Shown here piece by piece: positions 9,008-17,471 of a DNA stretch of 34,227 bases. How positions within the stretch are numbered: position 1 is the stretch's first letter; each line of letters opens with the position of its first letter. Source of the DNA: Desulfobacterales bacterium (GTDB lineage: Bacteria; Desulfobacterota; Desulfobacteria; Desulfobacterales; JAHEIW01); contig JASFGZ010000003.1 in assembly GCA_050123495.1 (NCBI GenBank), positions 1 through 34,227 of the forward strand, read 5' to 3'. Made by a program: the position numbers and the translations under genes. Below the pieces are notes generated by a model, which saw only the letters and a program-made list of their open reading frames with translations, ran no database searches and had not been told where the DNA came from.

Positions 9008-9460
9008 ATGCTCATCGAAGAAAGCGTCGAAATCAACGCACCCCTGCCGGTGGTCTGGCGGATCTTTGCCGCTATGGAAGACTGGCAGAACTGGAATACG
9101 GTATGTGAAAATTGCTGCATCATCAGGGGCGACACCATGGCAGTAGATACCTGTTTTACGTTCACCATGCGGCCCTACTACCTGCCGATCAAGGTGATGC
9201 CCACCATAACCAAATGCGATCCGGGAAAAGAAGTCATCTGGGAAGGCCACCGTTTCGGGGTTAAGGCCGTGCATCGATTTATTTTCGAAGAAAAAGAGAA
9301 ATCGATTCGGCTGACCAGCAGTGAGGCATTTCGCGGTCCCCTGCTATGGCTCAGCAAACTCATTTTTATCCCCAGTCGGCTCCACCGCCTTACCCAGCAG
9401 CTGATGGCATCCATAAAAAGTCAAGCCGAAGCCTGCGCGCATCAACACGAATCAAACTAA
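9008..9460 (+). CDS. SRPBCC / polyketide cyclase-dehydrase family protein
   Basis: IEESVEINAPLPVVWRIFAAMEDWQNWN N-terminal motif, WEG...AVHRFIFE, C-terminal helix. AGGAG RBS before ATG 9008; alternative start 8990. Confidence 0.8.
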   Translation: MLIEESVEINAPLPVVWRIFAAMEDWQNWNTVCENCCIIRGDTMAVDTCFTFTMRPYYLPIKVMPTITKCDPGKEVIWEGHRFGVKAVHRFIFEEKEKSIRLTSSEAFRGPLLWLSKLIFIPSRLHRLTQQLMASIKSQAEACAHQHESN

Positions 9461-9616
9461 CTGGTCTTTTCCCTGGCCACTCGAAACTGATTTTACTATT
9501 CGATCCGCTTACGCTATGGAGAAAAAATCCTTGCTTCTAAAAACAAAAGAAAATATGAGTCGTAATGCGGGGATCTTTGCGCTAAAATAAGTGTTGAGAA
9601 CAGGAGATCAGGGTTC

Positions 9617-10066
9617 ATGACGAAGGGTATCATTCACAAATTCGAGCGCTTCATCGTTCTGGCCCTACTTTTGATGATGATGCTCGTCTTGTTGGCTTCA
9701 ACTATCGAACTCGCCATCATACTGGCTAGAGAGCTTCTGGCACCTCCAATGCTTCTCTTGGACGTTAAAGAGATGCTGACGGTATTTGCCTTTTTTCTCA
9801 TGGTCTTGATTGGTCTGGAGTTGGTTGAAACCGTCAAAATGTACCTCGACGAAGATGTTTTTCATGTTGAGGTGGTTGTCCTAGTGGCCATAATCGCGGC
9901 AGCTAGAAAGATAATCATTATTGACTACGACTCGGTATCATATGAGATTCTGCTCGGCATAGCCGCGCTGATGATCGCGCTTTCTGCAGGTTATTTCCTA
10001 TTGAAGCGAACTATTGCGCCTTCAAAGTCTGAAGAATTTGGCGACGATTCCGAACATACTCATTAG
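9617..10066 (+). CDS. Phosphate-starvation-inducible PsiE family membrane protein
   Basis: Four hydrophobic segments. FLMVLIGLELVETVKMYL and VAIIAAARKIIIID motifs. Confidence 0.85.
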   Translation: MTKGIIHKFERFIVLALLLMMMLVLLASTIELAIILARELLAPPMLLLDVKEMLTVFAFFLMVLIGLELVETVKMYLDEDVFHVEVVVLVAIIAAARKIIIIDYDSVSYEILLGIAALMIALSAGYFLLKRTIAPSKSEEFGDDSEHTH

Positions 10067-10264
10067 GCAAACCAGCCTGTCACTCTCGCCGATTATCAGC
10101 ACCGTCGGGCCAATGGGATACGATAACTCCCTGTCGCGGTTGGGAATGAAGGCAGCCTCACATTCAACGGTTTTTCATCGGCGCAGCAGGTCGGATTACC
10201 GGTTTAATTCACTATTCAAGCTTTGACCCCGATTTCTAAAAGGCATTTGTTGTTGGCGATCTTT

Positions 10265-11197
10265 TTAGGAAACGACCCACAGGACACAGCCGGAAATCTT
10301 ATTGATAACATGGTGTGACACGCTGCCCGTAAAAAACGATTTATTAATTCCGCGTCTACCAATCACCACAGTTCCAAAGTTACCTTTATCGGCGGTTTCG
10401 ATGATGATCCTGCCGGGGCGATTTCGTTGTTCCAGCGTTAGAATTTCAATCTGATTTTCCGAAATGCCGGCATCTTTAAGCTTTTTCACAGCTAATGCGT
10501 AAAATTGGTCGATCCGTTTTTTGTCGCAACTGGTTACGAGGTCCTCCAACTCCTTAGAAGGTTCTTCATCGAGACTATCTTCATAAAACTCTCTGGCTTT
10601 GCTCATTACATGCAAGAGTGTGATCTCTGCATTTGTATTGCCCATCAGCATAAAGCTGATATGGTCGACGGCTCGAAGTGAACTTTCTGAACCATCAACG
10701 GCAACCATTATTTTGTCGGAAGTCACCTCTCCGTCTACAATCCAGACCGGTATGAATTCAGAGTGCTCCAGCAAATTAGCCGATACACTGCCCATGAAGA
10801 CTTTCTGAAGACCCGACATTTTCCTGCTACCGACGACAATCGCGTCATAACGGCCCGCGTGACCGAAATCGATAATATCTTTGGCCAAACCCAATGTTCT
10901 CGGCTGGGTCACAATTTCGATCCGATCTTCGTCAATTCCCATGCGCAACATATTATTCTGGTGTTGCTCGAGTATTTTGCGAGCAGATGCGTCATTTTTC
11001 TTATTCAATTTATCCAATTCAGCCCTTGCTTGCTGACTTTTTTGGACCTCATCTAGAAGATAATGTGATATCATCGGCTGGACATGAAACAGAACATAAT
11101 GAAGATCTTTTACGGTTGAGGATATGGCAACTGCGTATTTGACAGCATATTTCGATTGAAGTGAATCATCAACCGCCAGCAGAATTTTCTTATCCAT
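10265..11197 (-). CDS. Universal stress protein with two tandem USP domains
   Basis: KKILLAVDDS...YDAIVVGSRKMSGLQKVFMGSVSANLL and KIMVAVDGSESSLRAV...VVIGRRG...FTGSVSHHVI. Confidence 0.92.
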   Translation of the reverse strand: MDKKILLAVDDSLQSKYAVKYAVAISSTVKDLHYVLFHVQPMISHYLLDEVQKSQQARAELDKLNKKNDASARKILEQHQNNMLRMGIDEDRIEIVTQPRTLGLAKDIIDFGHAGRYDAIVVGSRKMSGLQKVFMGSVSANLLEHSEFIPVWIVDGEVTSDKIMVAVDGSESSLRAVDHISFMLMGNTNAEITLLHVMSKAREFYEDSLDEEPSKELEDLVTSCDKKRIDQFYALAVKKLKDAGISENQIEILTLEQRNRPGRIIIETADKGNFGTVVIGRRGINKSFFTGSVSHHVINKISGCVLWVVS

Positions 11198-11375
11198 CAG
11201 TCTACTCTCCTTAGCTAAGAGACGGTGACGCCAAAATGTGAGTTATTAATCGGTTTCAGTCACAGAACACTTTGAAGAAACACCCTATCGGCAAAAAGGT
11301 TAGCACTTAAATATAGAAAGCCTGATGGGTTGTCAACAGCCATTTTTGAGACGATTGCCGGAATTTTCGGCGATA

Positions 11376-11403
11376 TTGACAATTAATTCTGAGGAAGTAT
11401 ATT
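11376..11403 (+). promoter_or_regulatory. Candidate sigma70 promoter for the V-ATPase operon
   Basis: TTGACA (11376-11381), 16-nt spacer, TATATT (11398-11403). Confidence 0.5.
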
Positions 11404-11462
11404 TAAGCCAAGTTTGCTTTTCTTCCATGCTTTTCCTTACGCTAATAGGCTGTGATCTTCGA

Positions 11463-11586
11463 GTCACCGACCACCCGCGTAGCGGGTGGCCTTGATTTTT
11501 CCGCTATAAGCGGGAAAATACAAAGGCGCGGCAGTGCCTTAATCGGTGCTAGTAACACTGTACAACCGGGTGCAAAACACCCGGTT
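11463..11586. other. Cluster of consecutive hairpins; possible IS200/IS605-type end remnant or structured leader
   Basis: CCACCCGC-GTA-GCGGGTGG (11471-11489); ATTTTTCCGCT-ATA-AGCGGGAAAAT (11495-11519); AAGGCGC-GGCA-GTGCCTT (11523-11540); AACCGGGTG-CAAAA-CACCCGGTT (11564-11586). Confidence 0.55.
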
Positions 11587-11769
11587 TGAGAACACCCAAT
11601 TAAATCTTTCGCTTGTGTCGAACTGTAAAATCATTGGTGGGTCAGGCTAAATTTTCATTTAAATGATGGCGAATGCTAAACACAAATCCAACTTTCCCCA
11701 AACAGCTGCTAAACAGGATTCCAACAACCATAAAACCATTCACGGACAGAGAAGAGGAGAACGCAAATC

Positions 11770-13089
11770 ATGTTCCCAGAGCTAACCCGTCACACACGTG
11801 TGCTGGAGATTGTCGGCGATACGATCCGGGTAAAGGCGGAGGGCGCCGCTTTTGGTGATCTGGCCATCGTCGAAAATGTCGACGGTGAAACCTCCCAGGC
11901 CAAAGTGGTCGAACTCGATCGTGATATCGTCAGCCTGCAGGTATTCGCAGGTAGCAAGGGACTATCCACCGAAGCCGGTGTGCGGTTCCTGGGTCATCCC
12001 CAGAATGTTACCTATTCTGATAATATTCTGGGACGGATTTTCAAGGGGTCGGGGGAACCTTTTGATGACGGCCCCGATCTATCCGCGGATCCGAAAATCG
12101 AGGTCGCAGGCCCCACCGTCAATCCCATGATGCGGGTGATGCCCGACAAAATGATCCAAACCGAAGTCCCCATGATCGATTTGTTTAACTGCCTGGTTGA
12201 AAGCCAAAAAATCCCGATCTTCTCGGTGGCCGGTGAACCCTATAACGAGTTGCTGGCGCGCATCGGTTTTCAGGCCGATGCCGACATCGTGGTTTTTGGC
12301 GGACTCGGGCTGATTTTTGACGATTACCATTTCTTCAGGACCGCTTTTGAGGAGCATGGCGTTTTTCACCGGGCGGTCATGTATATCAACTTAGCCGCCG
12401 ACCCGATTGTTGAACGCTTGTCGATTCCGGATATGGCCCTGGCTGTGGCTGAAAAGTACGCTGTTGAGAAAGATAAGCGAGTACTGGTGCTGCTGACGGA
12501 TATGACTGCCTATGCGGACGCTATGAAGGAAATCGGCATTTCTTTGGAGCGCATTCCGGCCGCCCGCGGCTACCTCGGCGATCTGTACACCCAGCTGGCC
12601 ATGCGCTATGAGAAAGCCTGTGATTTCAGAGGTGCCGGCTCGGTAACCATCCTCACGGTGACAACAATGCCCGGCAACGACGTCACCCATCCCGTACCGG
12701 ATAACACCGGCTATATCACCGAGGGACAGTTCTACTTGCATGATGGCTATATCGATCCCTTCGGCTCCCTGTCGCGATTGAAGCAGCATGTGGTAGGCAA
12801 AGCGACCCGCGAAGATCACAGCCAGATCATGAACACGATGATACGCTTTTATTCCAATGCACTGGAAGCCGAAAAAAAGCAGGCCATGGCCTTCGAGCTG
12901 TCCCCTTTCGATGAAAAATTGCTCAAGTTCGGGCGGCTTTTTCGCGAACGTTTTATGGATATCCGGGTTTCCATGCCGGTGATTGAGGCGCTGGATCGCT
13001 GCTGGGAAACATTGGCCGAATGTTTTGAATACCAGGAACTGCTTATGAAACAGGACTTAATTGATAAGTATTTTCCCACCGTTAGTTAA
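11770..13089 (+). CDS. ntpB: V/A-type ATP synthase subunit B
   Basis: SQKIPIFS, VLVLLTDMTAYADA, GYLGDLY, THPVPDNTGYITEGQ, PFGSLSRLK. GAGGAG RBS. Confidence 0.95.
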   Translation: MFPELTRHTRVLEIVGDTIRVKAEGAAFGDLAIVENVDGETSQAKVVELDRDIVSLQVFAGSKGLSTEAGVRFLGHPQNVTYSDNILGRIFKGSGEPFDDGPDLSADPKIEVAGPTVNPMMRVMPDKMIQTEVPMIDLFNCLVESQKIPIFSVAGEPYNELLARIGFQADADIVVFGGLGLIFDDYHFFRTAFEEHGVFHRAVMYINLAADPIVERLSIPDMALAVAEKYAVEKDKRVLVLLTDMTAYADAMKEIGISLERIPAARGYLGDLYTQLAMRYEKACDFRGAGSVTILTVTTMPGNDVTHPVPDNTGYITEGQFYLHDGYIDPFGSLSRLKQHVVGKATREDHSQIMNTMIRFYSNALEAEKKQAMAFELSPFDEKLLKFGRLFRERFMDIRVSMPVIEALDRCWETLAECFEYQELLMKQDLIDKYFPTVS

Positions 13090-13101
13090 GGGGCATTCGC
13101 C

Positions 13102-13707
13102 ATGGCAAAATTGGCATTGAGCAAAAGTGGGCTTCAGAAGCAGCGCGAAGATATGCGCTTATTTGAGCGGGTGCTGCCATCGCTGGACCTTAAACGGATG
13201 CAGATTAGCGGCGAATTAAAGCGCGCCCGTCAGCAGCTGGCCGAAGCAGAGGCCGAGGTGGAAAAATTGAATGATCGAGTCGCGGAACAGTTGCCGATGC
13301 TGGCGAATCGGGAAATCGATGTTTCCGGTCTGGTTCATGTGGAATCCTTCCGTATCGAGGAAGAGAATTTGGTGGGTGTCAAACTCCCAAAGCTGGTAGC
13401 GATTAAATGCCATGTTGCAGAATATTCAATGTTAGCAAAACCCCATTGGGTGGATATGCTGGTTGAACAGCTCAAGCAAATGGTTGAGCAGAAAACCAGG
13501 GTTCAGGTAGCGGCTGAACGGGTGCGTTTGCTGGAACAGGCCGAGCGCAGAATCACCCAGCGGGTGAATCTTTTCGATAAAATTTTAATCCCGACTGCAA
13601 AGAAAAATATCCAGAAAATTCAGATATATTTAGCCGATGCCGAACGCGCCGCCGTTGTACGGTCCAAAATAACAAAGAGAATGCGCAAGCAGGTAAGTGA
13701 CGGCTAA
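13102..13707 (+). CDS. ntpD: V/A-type ATP synthase subunit D
   Basis: LPSLDLKR, ENLVGVKLP, RITQRVNLFDKILIP motifs; coiled coil. Confidence 0.93.
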   Translation: MAKLALSKSGLQKQREDMRLFERVLPSLDLKRMQISGELKRARQQLAEAEAEVEKLNDRVAEQLPMLANREIDVSGLVHVESFRIEEENLVGVKLPKLVAIKCHVAEYSMLAKPHWVDMLVEQLKQMVEQKTRVQVAAERVRLLEQAERRITQRVNLFDKILIPTAKKNIQKIQIYLADAERAAVVRSKITKRMRKQVSDG

Positions 13708-13753
13708 AAGAAGATATCAAAAGTAGTATAGGTCAAATAAAGGATACAGCACC

Positions 13754-15535
13754 ATGAGCATCGTATCGCTGGTAAAAGTGACCTTTTACGGCCACACAGA
13801 TGACCGGCAGCAGATCTTATCTGATCTGCAAAAATTCGGATGTCTGCATCTGATTCCGCTGGCACCCCAGCAGGAGACCCTGCACAGCGCAGGCGGGCCT
13901 TCTTCGCGCTCGCGGGAAGCCTTGCGATTTCTCACAAGCTGTCCGAATCGGCGTCGGCAGGTGCGGGATTCCAAAAAATTTTATGCCCATGCGACCGAAC
14001 AGAAGGCGCTGGCGCTATTGGATAAAATTCAAGATATGGAGGCTGAAAGGGATTTCCTCATCGGCCGAATTGATAATTTAAGACCCTGGGGGGAGTTTTC
14101 TTTTCCGCCCCGCGAAGCGCTCAACAATCTGAGGCTGTGGTTTTATGTCGTCCCGCATAAGGACATGAAACAAGTTGAAACCACCGATCTCATTTGGGAG
14201 GTGATATTCCGTGACAATCGTTTTTGCTATGTTGCGGTGATATCAGAAAACCAACCGGAAGGCATGCCGGTGGAACGCGTTCGCACCGGCAACAAATCCC
14301 TTTCACAATTAGAAGATCGGCTGGAAGAGGTTGAACTTGAACTGGAGGATCTGCAGGCAGAGCGCGCCGGCCTGACCCGTTGGTGCACCCTGTTTGCCCG
14401 CAATATTGATCGACTGGAGGATCAAGCCGCCTTAAAGGACGCGGCGGATCAGACCTATGCCGAGGATCCCGTATTCGCGTTGCAGGCCTGGACGCCGGAA
14501 ATTACAATTGCCCGCTTGCAGAAATATGCCAGCGACCAGGGGTTGGTCTTTGAAACGGCAGACCCGCAACCGGCGGAAACACCGCCAACCTTAATGCGAA
14601 ATCCCCAGGGGTTGGCCGGCGGGCAGGATCTGGTTTCGTTTTACACCACGCCCCGCTACTGGCTGTGGGATCCGTCAATGATTGTGTTTTTTTCTTTTGC
14701 CCTCTTTTTTGCGATGATTTTCGCGGATGCCGGATATTCGGCCAGTCTGGGCCTTATCGTGGCCGCACTTTGGAAAAAAATGGGCCACTCAGATGCCGGC
14801 CGGCGCTTTCGCATTCTGCTGGTGACGCTGGTTGGTGCAGGCGTGATCTATGGCGTGATGGTGGGGAGCTATTTCGGGGTTTCCCCTGGTGAAGGCAGCC
14901 TGGCGGCCAAACTGAAAATAATCGACATGATGAATTTTAACGTCATGATGCAGCTTTCGATTCTTTTAGGCGTTTTTCATCTTGTCGTCGCCAATGCTGT
15001 AAGCGCCTGGCACTTTCGTCGCACGATACGGGCGGTGGTGCCCACCGCCTGGGTTTTTATTTTCCTGGGTGCGGTTGCCATCTGGCAGGCCGCCTCCCAT
15101 GGGGAAACATTGACCTTTTTGAAGCCGGCCGGCATTGCGACCATGGTGCTGGGATTGGTAGGCGTGGTGCTGTTTAACAGTCCCGAGGGACCGCTGTGGA
15201 AACGCCTGCTCAAAGGATTTGGCGGGCTTACCGGTCTTTCCAACGCCTTCGGGGATGCGCTGAGTTATTTGCGCCTTTTTGCCCTCGGCCTGGCCAGCGC
15301 GTCTCTGGCCGGCACGTTTAACGGAATGGCCGGACAGGTTAAAGAAGCGCTTCCGGGTATTGGAATTTTATTTGCGCTTCTGATTGCACTGCTCGGGCAC
15401 AGCCTGAATTTTGTGTTGTCTTTAAGCAGCGGATTCATCCATGGACTGCGGCTTAATTTTATTGAATTTTTTAGATGGAGCATTTCCGAAGAAGGGCAAC
15501 CGTTCAATGCCTTTGCAAGAAAGGAGAGGGAATAG
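13754..15535 (+). CDS. ntpI: V/A-type ATP synthase subunit I (a)
   Basis: Soluble N-half; WDPS, FFAMIFADAGY, FGDALSYLRLFALGLA (essential Arg), FIHGLRLNFIEFF. Confidence 0.94.
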   Translation: MSIVSLVKVTFYGHTDDRQQILSDLQKFGCLHLIPLAPQQETLHSAGGPSSRSREALRFLTSCPNRRRQVRDSKKFYAHATEQKALALLDKIQDMEAERDFLIGRIDNLRPWGEFSFPPREALNNLRLWFYVVPHKDMKQVETTDLIWEVIFRDNRFCYVAVISENQPEGMPVERVRTGNKSLSQLEDRLEEVELELEDLQAERAGLTRWCTLFARNIDRLEDQAALKDAADQTYAEDPVFALQAWTPEITIARLQKYASDQGLVFETADPQPAETPPTLMRNPQGLAGGQDLVSFYTTPRYWLWDPSMIVFFSFALFFAMIFADAGYSASLGLIVAALWKKMGHSDAGRRFRILLVTLVGAGVIYGVMVGSYFGVSPGEGSLAAKLKIIDMMNFNVMMQLSILLGVFHLVVANAVSAWHFRRTIRAVVPTAWVFIFLGAVAIWQAASHGETLTFLKPAGIATMVLGLVGVVLFNSPEGPLWKRLLKGFGGLTGLSNAFGDALSYLRLFALGLASASLAGTFNGMAGQVKEALPGIGILFALLIALLGHSLNFVLSLSSGFIHGLRLNFIEFFRWSISEEGQPFNAFARKERE

Positions 15536-15990
15536 TGGAAAACATGATCTTAGCGTTAGGCTGGTTGGGAGTCTTTGCCCCGCTGGCCCTGGGAGCCGTC
15601 GGCAGTATCATCGGCTGCTCGCGGGCCGGACAGGCGGCAATCGGTGCCATGCTCGAGACTGAAAGCGGTTTTGGCCGCTTTATCGGCGTGTCAGCGATGC
15701 CGTCTTCCCAGGTGATCTATGGGATCGTCGTTACATTGACTTTTGGCGGTGCCATCAAGCCGGAGTCAGCTCCGGGCATTTTCGGCATCGGTGTGTTAAC
15801 CGGATTGGCCTTGATGGCCAGCGCTATTTACCAGGGGTATGCTTGCGCATCATCCATCAGTGTTTCCAAAAGCAAGCCCGAGGTATTCGGTATTTCTTTA
15901 GCACCGGCGGCGGTGGTGGAAGGCTTTGCCGTTTTTGCCTTTGTGTTTGCGTTGGTACTGTTGGGCACCGTTACCGGAGGAGGAGGTTAA
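15535..15990 (+). CDS. ntpK: V/A-type ATP synthase subunit K (c), 4-TM duplicated proteolipid
   Basis: GTG start overlapping the ntpI stop (TAGTG), AGGAG RBS. AMPSSQVIYG, AIYQG, AVVEGFAVF. Confidence 0.92.
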   Translation: MENMILALGWLGVFAPLALGAVGSIIGCSRAGQAAIGAMLETESGFGRFIGVSAMPSSQVIYGIVVTLTFGGAIKPESAPGIFGIGVLTGLALMASAIYQGYACASSISVSKSKPEVFGISLAPAAVVEGFAVFAFVFALVLLGTVTGGGG

Positions 15991-15993
15991 ATC

Positions 15994-16671
15994 ATGGCAG
16001 AGACAACAAAAGCTGCATCGGGTGTCCAGGAACTCATCAGCCGGCTGCGGGATGAAGGGGTTAAAGCCGGCCAGGAAAAATCCGATCAGATTCTGCAAGA
16101 GGCCCAGGAGCAGGCTTCCCGGATTGTTGCTCAGGCCGAAGCTGAGGCCGAAGAAATATTATCGAAGGCCCGCAGCGAAATCGAAACGGAGAAAGCGGCT
16201 GCCATTGAATCCTTGCGCGTGGCGATTCGGGATACCGAGCTTAAAATGGAGGCGGAGGTGAAAGCCGATTTTGCGGCGCATGTCAGACGGCTGGTGTCCG
16301 TTGAATTGAGCGACAAGAAATTTCTGCGGCAGATTATTCTGGCTATCGCCGGCATGGCTGCCGGCGAAAAAGCTTGTGAAGATAAGCCTGTAGAGGTTCT
16401 GCTTCCCAAAGATCTGTTTGAGACCGATGAAAAGCGCACCCGGCTGACCAAAAAGGGCCAGGATCGCGTAAGGCACTTGGTGTTGGGTATCTCCGGCGAT
16501 ATGCTGCGGGAAGGTATTGATTTAAAACCCTCTGAGGATATCAGCGGTGGTATTCGGATACGCCTGGTCGGCGAAGATCTGGAGATCGATTTATCCGATC
16601 GAGCCATTTCCGATTTGCTGTTGCAAAATTTGCTCCCACGGTATCGGGCTATTGTCAGTGGGATGGAGTGA
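15994..16671 (+). CDS. ntpE: V/A-type ATP synthase subunit E
   Basis: GVQELISRLRDEGV, Ala/Glu-rich coiled coil, C-terminal ISGGIRIRL...EIDLSD. GGAGG RBS. Confidence 0.85.
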   Translation: MAETTKAASGVQELISRLRDEGVKAGQEKSDQILQEAQEQASRIVAQAEAEAEEILSKARSEIETEKAAAIESLRVAIRDTELKMEAEVKADFAAHVRRLVSVELSDKKFLRQIILAIAGMAAGEKACEDKPVEVLLPKDLFETDEKRTRLTKKGQDRVRHLVLGISGDMLREGIDLKPSEDISGGIRIRLVGEDLEIDLSDRAISDLLLQNLLPRYRAIVSGME

Positions 16672-16676
16672 GTTCA

Positions 16677-16707
16677 ATTGCGGATTTCGGATTGTGGATT
16701 TGGAATT
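16677..16707 (+). repeat. Heptamer array (ATTGCGG family), solo arm
   Basis: ATTGCGG ATTTCGG ATTGTGG ATTTGGA ATT, starting 5 nt after the ntpE stop. Confidence 0.8.
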
Positions 16708-16763
16708 ACCACTTGAAAGAACAGTGATGTAATTGAGTATAGAATTATGGAGTAACCGTTATT

Positions 16764-17471
16764 ATGGGCAATCAGCCATATTATACGCTTCTGGCAAGCT
16801 TACCGCCGTTGCCGCGCTTTGACCAGACCGATCGGCTGCCGATTACGCGGGAACGGCTGGAACAACGTCGCGGTATGCTCACCCCGGATGATGCGGAATT
16901 GTATGAACGTGCGGCCGAATTTCTGGCCTGGCAGCGGCAAAGCGCCACCCGCACGGATCAGGAAATGATTGCCAAGTTTAAAAAGATGGAAAAACACATT
17001 GCGCGCCCGACGCTTCAATCCATCTTTGATTTTCCCATTGATCAACGCACGATTATGGCAGCCCTGCGGCGTCGTTTTCGCGGTTTGCCGGTCCCGGCGG
17101 CCGGCGAGGCATGGGGTGTCGGCCGCTATGTCAAGCATATCGAACGCAACTGGGATCATCCGCATTTTAAACTCAGTGCCGTTTATCCTTGGATTCCTCA
17201 GGCACGCGCCCACCTTGAAGCCGGAGAAACTCTGGCGCTCGAACGACTGCTCAAGAACGCGCTCTGGGATCACGTCGATCGATCGGCCCCACCCTATGAG
17301 TTCGGATTCAGCGCGGTGCTGATATACATTATCAAATGGGACATCCTCGACCGGTGGCTGTCCTATAACATCGAAGAGGCCAAAGTGCGCTTTGAAGAAT
17401 TAATAACGGAGGTAACCGATGAGCAACCGAAAATCTTCGACGCTTCAGCCGAAAGCATCACAAGCAACTGA
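16764..17471 (+). CDS. DUF2764-family V-ATPase-associated protein (putative subunit C equivalent)
   Basis: N-terminal YYTLLASLPPL, C-terminal FGFSAVLIYIIKWDILDRW. Lies between E and A; overlaps the ntpA start by 53 bp. Confidence 0.78.
   Translation: MGNQPYYTLLASLPPLPRFDQTDRLPITRERLEQRRGMLTPDDAELYERAAEFLAWQRQSATRTDQEMIAKFKKMEKHIARPTLQSIFDFPIDQRTIMAALRRRFRGLPVPAAGEAWGVGRYVKHIERNWDHPHFKLSAVYPWIPQARAHLEAGETLALERLLKNALWDHVDRSAPPYEFGFSAVLIYIIKWDILDRWLSYNIEEAKVRFEELITEVTDEQPKIFDASAESITSN

Noticed and set aside
15475-15534. Longer start for subunit K
   Set aside because: Overlaps the ntpI 3' end by about 60 bp. GTG 15535 with an RBS fits better.
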